Shown: positions 52,906-64,000 of the stretch, piece after piece | How positions within the stretch are numbered: the first letter of the stretch is position 1 | Layout: every line of letters starts with the position of its first letter | DNA from: an uncultured Planctomycetota bacterium | GTDB taxonomy: Bacteria; Planctomycetota; Planctomycetia; Gemmatales; Gemmataceae | Reading direction: 5' to 3' | Length of the DNA: 64,000 bases | Assembly (NCBI GenBank): GCA_963849325.1 | Contig: CAWKHF010000006.1 | Location: forward strand, 768,001-832,000 | Notes under the pieces: generated by a model | Told to the model about the DNA's origin: nothing | What the model saw: only the letters and a program-made list of their open reading frames with translations | The model's database searches: none | Translations under genes and position numbers: made by a program

Positions 52906-53206
52906 TTAACTTCTTTACTAGTAAGTACTTGTGATGACAGCGGATGACTAACTTCCCGCGAGAGAGAGGGTTGCGTCAACTGCTGTCCTCCGCAGTCCGT
53001 CGAGGCTGCCCCGAGCGTGCAGCCCCAGGCGATAGTCGCCGGTGGGCGTCTCCAGCAGGCCGCTCCGCGCTTGCGGTAGCAGACGCGGCACCAGCAGCCG
53101 GCCATCCCGGAGAGCCGCCTGCGGTTCGCGGTCCGGAGCCAGCAGCATGTCAACTAGGCCCGAGGCAGCGAGAGACTCGACATCGAGTAAGAGTCTGTCC
53201 CGGAAG

Positions 53207-53320
53207 CCCCTCTCCCCCTGTACTCCGGGGGAGAGGGGTTGGGGTGAGGGGGTGTGCTTTCCGCCGGTTTCTCCCCCTCACCCCCAACCCCTCTCCCCCG
53301 AGTACGGGGGAGAGGGGGGC
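53207..53320. repeat. Composite hairpin repeat, family C
   Basis: Same architecture as 26896-26992. Confidence 0.85.
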
Positions 53321-53768
53321 TTGGAGGACAGACTCTAAGGCGTTTCCTCTCTGCCACGGGTAACTATTCGAACTCCTCCAGAGGCGGCAGGTTCACGCCG
53401 CAAGGGGTTGGCCGCCAGGCCGATAGCCGGTGCTTCTGTTCGGCCAGCGGCAGGCCGCAGAACTCGTCGATGGGCGGCAAGACCCCTTGCTGAGATCGGG
53501 CGGCAGCGTCGGGCCGACCGGAATGCACCTTGGCCAGGATTTCCAGGCGTCGGACTTTCACCGCCAAAGCACGAGCGGTCATGATTGTCCCCTGTGGATG
53601 ATTCTGCGCGGTTTCTGTCGGTCCCAAGAGTTCCGCTGGTGTATCACCCGACCAGCCGTCCCTCGAAGCGCGTACTCCATGAGACTGCCGACGGGATTGC
53701 CTACTTAGCCGGTAGGGAATCACGCCAACGCTGTCAGGCGAAGGGATCAACGTCCTCCTCTCACCGTT

Positions 53769-56074
53769 CTATTTCCCCGCGGAGTTCCGACCGACCGGGT
53801 TCGCTCCCTTCCGCGTTATGGACGCGTTGCGGTCGGGCGGCTCGACGCCGAGTAGGTGACGGACGAAAAAGTCACGCTCGCGGCGCTTGGCGTAGCCGCC
53901 GCCAGCGCCGTGGCCGACGCCGGGCACTACCAGCAGCTCGAAGTCCTTCCCGGCCTTGATAAGTGCGTCGACCACCTGCATCGTCGAGGCCGGATCGACA
54001 TTGCGGTCCAGTTCGCCGACGATCAACAGCAATTTGCCTCGCAGTTCGTGGGCGTTGGTGACATTGGACTGCTCCGCGTAGTGCGGGCCAATCGGCCATC
54101 CCATCCACAGCTCGTTCCACCAGATTTTGTCCATGCGGTTATCGTGACAGCCGCAGTTGGCGGAAGCGGCCTTGTAGAATTCGGGGTGAGCGAGGACGGC
54201 GCGGAGGGCGCTCTGGCCGCCGGCGGAGCCGCCGTAGATGCCGACGCGGTGCAGGTCCATGTATGGATATTTCGTCGCGGCCGCCTTCGTCCAGCGGATG
54301 CGGTCGGGGAAACCGGAATCGCCCAGGTTCTTCCAGCACACATCATGGAATGCCTTGGAGCGATGGTTCGTGCCCATGCCGTCGATCTGCACCACGATGA
54401 AACCGAGTTCCGCCAATTCCTGCGGATCGTGGAACGGCCGAAACGGCTTCGGCACAAACGAGCCTTGTGGCCCGGCGTAAATCTGCTCGATCACCGGATA
54501 CTTCTTGTGAGGATCGAAGTGCATCGGCCGGAAAATCACACCGTAAATGTCCGTGTGGTCGTCGCGGCCCTTGGCGACGAAGCGCTCCGGCATTTGCCAG
54601 CCGGTCTTCCGCAGAGCGCTCATGTCGCCGCATTCCAGTACGCACACACGCTTGCCGTCGGAGACGCGGCGCAGTTCCGTCACGGGAGCCAAATCCACAC
54701 GCGAATACGTGTCGATGAGAAAGCGACGATCCGGCGAGTAGGCGATCGTGTGCGTGCCGTCGCCGTCCGTGAGGAGGACCAGGCCGCTGCCATCGAAGTT
54801 GATGCGACAATAGTGGAGGTAATAGGGGTCTTGATCGGGGTAAATGCCACCAGCGTGGAACCAGATTTGCCGCGCTTTCTCATCGACGCGATCGATGCCG
54901 CGAACCACCCATTGCCCTTTCGTGATCGGATTCTTCATCCGGCCCGTCGCGGCGTCGTAGAGATAAAGGTGGTTCCAGCCGTCGCGCTCCGACATCCAGA
55001 TGATCTCATTCGTCGAATCAAGATAGTGGACGAAGAACTTGCTGTTGTAGTCGATAAACGTCTTGCTCTGCTCGTCGAGGAGGGCGGCGGAGGCGCCGGT
55101 TCCGGCGTCAACGGCAACGATGCGAAGCACTTGATGGCCGCGCTGGTTGTACAGGAACGTGAAGCGCCGCGAGTCGGCCGACCAGCGCAGGTCGCGGACT
55201 TCCCAGGGATTGGCGAACAGGTCGTCCGGGACGGGGATTTTCTTGCGGGCGACCACGTCGAAGAGATGCGGCTTCGTCACGGCAATGCGATCGCCGGGCT
55301 TGAGGTAATCGAGGGTGTGCAGTTTGGGTTGCAACCGATCGCGCGGCGACGATTCGATGAGATGGACCTTGTGCTCTTGTGCTTTCTTGGTGCGCAAAGC
55401 CACCAGTTTTTTGCTGTCGGGCGACCAGAACACTCCATCCGAGTAGGCGTCTTCCACCTGGCCGTCGTGGCTCAGTTGAAACTCCCGGCCGCTCGCCTTC
55501 TCACGCAGGTAGAGGTTGCCGTCCCGGACGAATATGGTCCACTTGCCGTCCGGAGAAGTCGCCCGCCGCGAACGGCTGGACGATCGGCGCGGTGTGTTCG
55601 GCTCTTTTTTGGCGGGGGGCGGATCGACGGCGGGGGCTTTGTCTTCTTCCAGCCTGTACGTCTGCAGTTCGCATTTCCAGTACTTGCCGGCGGCGCGGAA
55701 GCGGAGCGTCGATCCATCCGGCGTGAAGTCGAGGGCGTCGATACGCAGACGGACCGCCTGTTGCTTCTGGTCCGTGGTTTGCATCAGGGCCGCAGCCAGG
55801 CGAGCGTGATCGAAGGCGAGCTTGCGTTCGCCCTTGATGGCATCGACGAGGATGAATTCGCGGGTTTCACCAGCGAGATCGTTGCGATACCAAAAGCGCT
55901 TGTTGTCCGTGAGCCAGTGAGGAACAACGCGATCGCGGAAGACCTTGTTGCGCGTAATCTCGCGCAGGTTCGCGAGCGTTCGTAATCCTCGGGAGTGCCC
56001 TGGCCGAATGCGGGTAGCACCGCGGCGATGAGCCAGAATACGAGAGTTGCGGTGAGCGGACGGGAACGAATCAT
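53769..56074 (-). CDS. S9B dipeptidyl-peptidase IV family peptidase; frameshift ~55975
   Basis: GGSAGG nucleophile, GELDRNV, PGVGH; signal peptide MIRSRPL...PAFGQG in ORF 55784..56143. Confidence 0.88.
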
Positions 56075-56740
56075 GGGAGCATTCCTTGGAGCAGAACTCG
56101 CCTTCTTCACCCGCGGCCCAGGGCGGGGTCGATGTACCATCACCGACCGACCCGGTTATTTGATCCGAGGAGCTGCCGGTGTGATACGGCCATCTGGTCG
56201 TAACGACCTGGGCAGGGTAGATTCTCCCGGAACCTCGACCCGGTCGCAACTCCGAAGGAGCTGTCCCTACGGAAATAGTCATTCGGATCGTCGCGCAGCC
56301 GATTGCGAACGGCGAATCCGTGCGGACCACTCCGGCATAGCTGAGAAGCTCGGGTACGCTACGCGATTGGGTGGCATCTCGGGCGGCTAATTGGTGCGGC
56401 GACGGCTGCAACCTCTCCTCTCCTACGTGGAGATCCAGCCGGATCGCCCCATCGCCGGCGGCATCTATTCCAACCGACCGTGTTACCTGGCGCCGGGACG
56501 GGCTGGCGCGACGGCGCTCAAAACAAAGTCGAGCCTTTTCACCAACTCTGGGCCTTTGCTCAGTTTACGGGTAGCGACAGCGCGGACGGCAGGAAGTTCA
56601 CGGATTCTACCGAGGGGTAAACCGGATCTTCGGGGAACAGGGCAGGTGTCGTTGAATCGCTCGCCGACATGCCCATAGATGCGCCATCGGCGTAGCGGTC
56701 GGGCGAAAGAACGGTTGTTCTCAGCTATCCTCAGCAGTAA

Positions 56741-59004
<2,264 letters not shown>

Positions 59005-59284
59005 TTCGTGTGTGGACGTTTTCGGGCGTTTTCGAGCCGGTGGCGGAGCCTCGCCTCGTGCGGGTGAATCGACTTCGGGTGGCGACACGAACCGAAGCTG
59101 CTCCCCCGCACGAGGTTCAGCTCACTCCCGGCCTGCATCTCTTGCTCGCCCTTATGGGGCCGCCCGAACTTGCCCGCGGCGGTCCGACACGCGGGAGCGC
59201 GTTTGCGAAACGGAAGGAACATCCCCGCTCCCCGACAGCCTCTTTGCAGAGTACGCGGGCAAGACCAGTCGCGACCTGACGCGC

Positions 59285-59394
59285 TCCACGGCGGAGGTCG
59301 GGTGAGTAGGCACGCATGGCATCTCCTGGGGTGATGCCTGCAAAGTCTACTCACCCCTCCTGGATAGCGCTAGATCAAAATCGAAAGCGCTCTA
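59285..59394 (-). mobile_element. IS630-family left-end remnant
   Basis: End TAGAGCGCTTTCGA (59394-59381), GGAG RBS, then MRAYSPDLR (typical IS630 transposase start) which breaks off. Confidence 0.6.
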
Positions 59395-59660
59395 ACGGCG
59401 GTTTTTCGTCGCGAAGGGCTGGTTAGCGGGCGCCTCAGGAGAGCGCGCCAGGCTGTGACGGGACTTCCCTACCTTACCGCTTTTGCCACCCACCTTACGC
59501 AGAATGTCAAGAGCCTTGGGATTTCGGTCGCGAAGTGACGGTTTGCGTGGCAACGGAGCTTCGGCCCCAGAGCCCTGAAACGGGGCCACAGCCTCGCCTG
59601 CCCTCGCGAATCCCTCGGTGACGAGGGCCGAGGTCGGAACGATCAGCGGAACAAGGGTTT

Positions 59661-59900
59661 TCACGGTCGTAGGTGCTCCAGGAAGTAGTCCCGGCAGGCG
59701 GTGCGCCAACAATCTCGGCTGCGCCCCGTCGGGTCATGGGGCTGTCCAGGCAGGACGATTAGGTCACACGACTTGCTGCTCTCGATCAGGGCGGACATCA
59801 GTTTCATGGTGTCGGCAAAGGACACGTTCACGTCACGGGTTCCCTGGACCAGCAGCAGCTTACCCTGGAGCCGTGGCGCCAGGGTCAGGTTGGATCCCGT
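59661..59900 (-). pseudogene. C-terminal fragment of a second S9B peptidase
   Basis: SNLTLAPRLQGKLLLVQGTRDVNV...PGQPH...DYFLEHL aligns with the C-terminus of 53769-56074; lacks the nucleophile region. Confidence 0.75.
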
Positions 59901-60109
59901 GTCAAGCGACAATTGTTCTTCCCTTTCAGCGACAACTGGATTTCCCGATGGGATGACCTCCTTCTGTGTCGTCAGCGACAATTAGATTTCCCGATGCGGC
60001 GGTGGCGTCGGCGCCGCGGACACTCTTTGCAATCTCCGACGAACCTGTTCTAATAGCTGGGTTCCCGCCGGATCGTGTCCCACCTTTGTCTGGAAGGAAT
60101 GTCGTCGTG

Positions 60110-61517
60110 ATGTCATCCCCTGGCTCCGCTCATCGGCATCCCATCGGCGTCACCCGCCGCGAACTGCTGCAAGTGGGATATACCGGCCTGCTGGGCATCA
60201 GTCTCCCGGCATTGCTCCATCAGCAAGCCGCCCAGGCCAAGACGGAGCGTCCCGAGAAGAACCGACCGAGGAAGGGGAAGTCCGTCATCCTCGTCTTCCT
60301 CACGGGCGCTCCCAGCCACCTCGATACCTTCGACATGAAGCCGGACGCCCCGCCGGAAGTGCGCGGCGAGTTCAAGCCGATCGCCACGAAGGTAGCAGGC
60401 TATCCTCTCTGCGAGCACCTGCCGCGCCTGGCCGCCCGGGCGAACCAGTACGCGGTGGTCCGTTCGCTGGCGCACCGGGAAAACAACCACCTGGTCGCCA
60501 CGCATCACCTGCTGACCGGCTATCCGCAGCCGGGAGCGTTCTTTGATAAGGTGGCGTCGCGTGATGACTGGCCCTGCTACTCCTCCGGACTCGATTACCT
60601 GCGGCCGCGGAACGACGGCATCCCTTGCGGCGTGAACCTGCCGACGTTCCTCATGCAAGGGCCGCTGACCTGGCCGGGCCAGCACGCCGGCTTCCTCGGT
60701 CCCAAGCATGACCCCTGGCAGATCAACCATGACCCCAACGCGGCCGATTTTCGCGTGGACAGCGTGCCGCCTGTCGCCCGGCCTGGAAGCGGATCGCCTC
60801 CGCGATCGGCGGGCGCTGCTCGACCAGGTCGATCGGCAGCAACGGCAACTCGAAGAGCAGGCCGAGTGCCGCCGTTTGTCCGATCAGCAGCAATTGGCCT
60901 TCTCCATCCTGACCTCAGGCAAGATCGCTCGGGCCTTCGAGCTGGACCGGGAGCCGGCCGCGGTGCGCGATCGTTACGGCCGGCACAGCTTCGGACAATC
61001 GCTGCTCCTGGCCCGCCGACTGGTGCAGGCCGGCGTGCCGGTCGTGCAGGCCAACATGGGCCGCGTACAGAACTGGGACAATCACGGCGCCATCTTCCCG
61101 ACCCTGAAAAATCGACTGCTGCCGCCCCTGGACCAGGGCGTCGCCGCCCTGCTCGACGACCTACAGGCAACGGGCTTGCTGGAAGAGACGCTCGTGCTGT
61201 TGCTGGGCGAGTTCGGCCGGACGCCGAAGATCAGCCGTCAAGGCGGATCGAAAGCACCGGGCCGCGATCACTGGGCGCCGTGCTTCTTCGGCCTGTTCGC
61301 CGGCGCCGGCGTCCGCGGCGGACAGGTGATCGGCAAGTCGGACAAGATCGGCGCGTATCCGGCGACGGCCCCGTACACCCCGGACGACGTGGGCGCCACG
61401 GTCTATCACGTCCTGGGCGTCGATCCCGCCTCCGAGGTGCGCGACCGCCAGGGGCGGCCGGTTCAGCTCAACCGCGGTCAGGTGATGGAGTCGCTGTTCA
61501 CCGGCGCGGCCGGGTAG
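60110..61517 (+). CDS. DUF1501 family protein (Tat-like signal); frameshift ~60765
   Basis: TRRELLQ; SVILVFLTGAPSHLDTFDMKP; WDNH; GEFGRTP; GRDHW. Confidence 0.9.
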
Positions 61518-61528
61518 CGTAGGGCCGC

Positions 61529-62245
61529 ATGCATTTCCTGGATCGGACCTTGCCTTCCCCAGCGGAGAACCTCGCCCTGGACGAGGCGCTCTTGCTCGCG
61601 GCCGAGGCCGGCCAAAGCGGCGAGGTACTGCGTCTGTGGCAATGGCCCCAGCCCGCCGTCGTGCTCGGCTCCGGCTGCCGGCTGGCCGACGATGTGAACG
61701 AAGCCGCCTGCGCCGCCGACGATGTGCCGATCCTGCGCCGCTCCAGCGGCGGCGGCACGGTCCTGCTCGGCGGTGGTTGCCTGCTCTACAGCTTGATTCT
61801 CCGTTACGACCGCGATCCGGCGCTGGCGGAGGTCCGACCATCCTATCGTCATATCCTCGGTCGGATCAGCCAGGCGCTGGCACAAGGGACCGGCCGCATC
61901 GAGCAAGCCGGCATCAGCGATCTAATCCTGGACGGCCGTAAGTTCTCCGGCACGGCCCAGCAGCGCAAGCGTTTCCATCTGCTGCATCACGGCACGCTGC
62001 TGTACGCCTTCGACCGGACGTTGCTGCCGCGCTACCTCCGTCAACCGCAGCGACAGCCGGACTACCGGGCCGGACGCGATCATCTGGCGTTCGTGCGCAA
62101 CCTGCCTTTATCGGGAGAGGAGCTGAAGCGCCGGCTGCGGCAGGCGTGGGACGCCGTGGAGCCGGCGGCGGAGTGGTCCGCGGAGACGGTGAGCCGGCTG
62201 ACGGCGGAGAAGTACAACGCGCTGGAGTGGACCCGGCGCCGGTAG
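61529..62245 (+). CDS. Lipoate-protein ligase A family protein
   Basis: NLALDEALL, RRSSGGGTV, RKFSGTAQ, HHGTLL. Confidence 0.88.
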   Translation: MHFLDRTLPSPAENLALDEALLLAAEAGQSGEVLRLWQWPQPAVVLGSGCRLADDVNEAACAADDVPILRRSSGGGTVLLGGGCLLYSLILRYDRDPALAEVRPSYRHILGRISQALAQGTGRIEQAGISDLILDGRKFSGTAQQRKRFHLLHHGTLLYAFDRTLLPRYLRQPQRQPDYRAGRDHLAFVRNLPLSGEELKRRLRQAWDAVEPAAEWSAETVSRLTAEKYNALEWTRRR

Positions 62246-62260
62246 CCGATCGTGTCCCCG

Positions 62261-62892
62261 TCAGTATTCTCGGTATTCTTCCAGGTGATGACGTAAACGC
62301 TCCAGAGCGCGGCGCCAGAGTTGCGCACCGCTTCCGGCGAGCGATGCAGCCGCAGGCCAATCTCGGCGAACGACTGCCGGTCGTCATGGCGGAACTGGAG
62401 TACCTGCCGGTAGCACAACGGCAAGCGCTGCACGGCGGCGACGAGGGCGCACTGCCGTTCCTGGGCAATCAACTGCTCACACACTGACATGCCATTGACA
62501 AAGGACGGGCCGCGCCGCGCGGAGCGGCCGAGGGAACCCGGCAGGCGCACCTCCTGGGACAGACATCGGCACGACGTTTCATAGCGGCGCGTGAGGTCGG
62601 CGACATTGTGCCGCAGGATGCCGCGCAGCCAGCCAAGGAATTGCGGGCCCGTCTCGCCGCGGAAGGCGGCGAAGTCGCGCTGGGCCTCGATGAACGTCTC
62701 CTGAACCACGTCGGCGGCATCGACTTTCGCTTGCATCGACGCACGCAATTCCTGCCGGGCGATGGCGAGCAGGTAGGGACGGCACGCTTCAAACAATTGT
62801 CCCAGCGCGTCGGCGGAACCGGCACGAGCATCTTGCAACCATTCCGTCCGCGGGGCTTCGAGGACGCGAGCAACGGAAGGAGTCATGGCCAT
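62261..62892 (-). CDS. ECF sigma-70 factor, planctomycete-type; frameshift ~62320
   Basis: RPYLLAIAR, KVDAADVVQET, FLGWLRGIL, SFAEIG..L.RS.EAVR; corrected tail LWRRALERLRHHLEEYREY*. Confidence 0.85.
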
Positions 62893-63192
62893 CCCGAAAC
62901 GGCGAGTGCTGGCGAGGAGGAATCGAGTTCCCAGGTGGTGCCGAAGGGCGGATCATTCCATGACGGCGTTGTCTTCACGATGCAACTTGTGCGCCGCACG
63001 GCGGAGCGAGGAGGGGCGACGTTTCCTACTCGCATGAGGTAGAGCGATTTCGAGCGGTGGACGACCCAGGAGAAAAAAGGCGTCCGCTTTCACGAATTCG
63101 CACGCCTAGGAGATATGCGGGCCTTCCACGAGAGGGGCCGTGTTTCGCCAGGTGGGGGAAACACTTCTTCACGTAATCGGGGAGGACTTGTG

Positions 63193-63768
63193 ATGCTGGC
63201 GCGATTGTTTGGCAGCCGCACGACTCGTCCGTCGGAGCGTGGCCGTTCCTTCCGGCCGGAACTGGAACACCTCGAAGACCGCCTCACGCCTTCACCCATG
63301 GGCGGACCCGGAGGACCGCCGGACCATGGACCGCCGGACCATGGCCCTCCTGGTGGTCCTCCCGGGCACATCAACGCCCACGACTCGTTCAATACGACGA
63401 TCACGGACTCGTTCAATACCTCGATCAACAACGTGACCGTCAATCAGTATTTTAACGTGGCGCAAATGCCCCAGGCGCAGGTGCAGCAGCAACTCACGGG
63501 CAACCTCGTGGTCGCGTACCAACAGAACCTTTCCGCTCTCATCCAGCTGGTGGGCGATGAGTTTCGGTTGGCGGCGGACACCTATTTCTCGTTCACCGGC
63601 TCCTTCTTCAACAACACCGCCCTGGTGACGGACATGCACAACCTGCAATTGTCCATCCAGCAAAACCCGCTGGAGGCGGCCACGTCCGGCGAGGCGGTGG
63701 GCTATCTGGTGTTCGACCTGGCCCTAGGCGCGTACGTTTCCGCTGGCGCCAATGGGCAGCACCACTAA
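63193..63768 (+). CDS. Small secreted protein with LEPR-XLL leader
   Basis: GGAGG RBS; FRPELEHLEDRLTPS; GPPDH repeats; (DSFNT)2. Confidence 0.75.
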   Translation: MLARLFGSRTTRPSERGRSFRPELEHLEDRLTPSPMGGPGGPPDHGPPDHGPPGGPPGHINAHDSFNTTITDSFNTSINNVTVNQYFNVAQMPQAQVQQQLTGNLVVAYQQNLSALIQLVGDEFRLAADTYFSFTGSFFNNTALVTDMHNLQLSIQQNPLEAATSGEAVGYLVFDLALGAYVSAGANGQHH

Positions 63769-63777
63769 GTAGCTCGA

Positions 63778-63831
63778 TCCGAGCCGGAATCGTAAGCGAA
63801 GGACATCCTTCGCTTACGATTCCGGCTCGGA
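63778..63831. repeat. REP-like palindrome, family A, with compensatory change
   Basis: TCCGAGCCGGAATCGTAAGCGAAG...CTTCGCTTACGATTCCGGCTCGGA. Confidence 0.9.
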
Positions 63832-64000
63832 AACAATGTCCCTGGATCGGGCACTCGCTTCCACGGCGGCGAGCACCTCCTCGATCTGCCGCACGCTGGC
63901 CGTCAAGGACAGCGCCGCCATCTCGAAATTGGTGTGCGCCGACACGCGGCGGAACTCCTGCTGAAGCAGCTCCGCCGCGCGGCGCAGCTTCGGCAGCTTG
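63814..64000 (-). CDS. 3' end of a hypothetical gene entering from the right edge
   Basis: Open frame ...AAELLQQEFRRVSAHTNFEMAALSL...DIVSEPES* ending inside the repeat. Confidence 0.55.
   Translation of the reverse strand, partial: KLPKLRRAAELLQQEFRRVSAHTNFEMAALSLTASVRQIEEVLAAVEASARSRDIVSEPES

Noticed and set aside
52948-53750. Small ORFs after the tRNA (52948..53148, 53364..53582)
   Set aside because: No recognisable motif; may be remnants, but too weak to call.
63040-63053. TAGAGCGATTTCGA as partner end of the IS630 stub (59381-59394)
   Set aside because: 13/14 match, but the two ends face away from each other and enclose ordinary genes; cannot be distinguished from chance.

Overview
GC-rich bacterial DNA, very likely Planctomycetota (Gemmataceae-like). 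This is inferred from LEPR-XLL-type leaders, DUF1501, TIGR03067, BBP7-type barrel and planctomycete-type ECF sigma genes. About 16 frameshifts of 1-2 nt in otherwise intact genes point to an unpolished long-read assembly. Ordinary content: 2-oxoacid:ferredoxin oxidoreductase alpha/beta, IlvD/Edd dehydratase, secG-yicC-gmk-rpoZ, katG, peptidases, transporters and several dispersed palindromic repeat families. Three observations stand out. (1) An otherwise perfect, promoter-equipped tRNA-Leu gene (52794-52905) has a 26-nt structured insert in its anticodon loop that obeys group I splice-site rules but has no ribozyme core. (2) A polymorphic-toxin-like locus (1-12613) consists of a ~2500-aa Ig-repeat protein with a distinct C-terminal domain, a tightly linked signal-peptide partner gene and a 5'-truncated, collinear silent copy. 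(3) This Ig-repeat protein and a 2226-aa RHS protein 17 kb away share a homologous 63-aa leader and upstream DNA. Mobile DNA: a complete IS4 (19-bp IRs, 11-bp target duplication), a 167-bp MITE inserted in a stop codon, and an IS630 remnant. All family assignments come from motif recognition by eye; no database searches were run.
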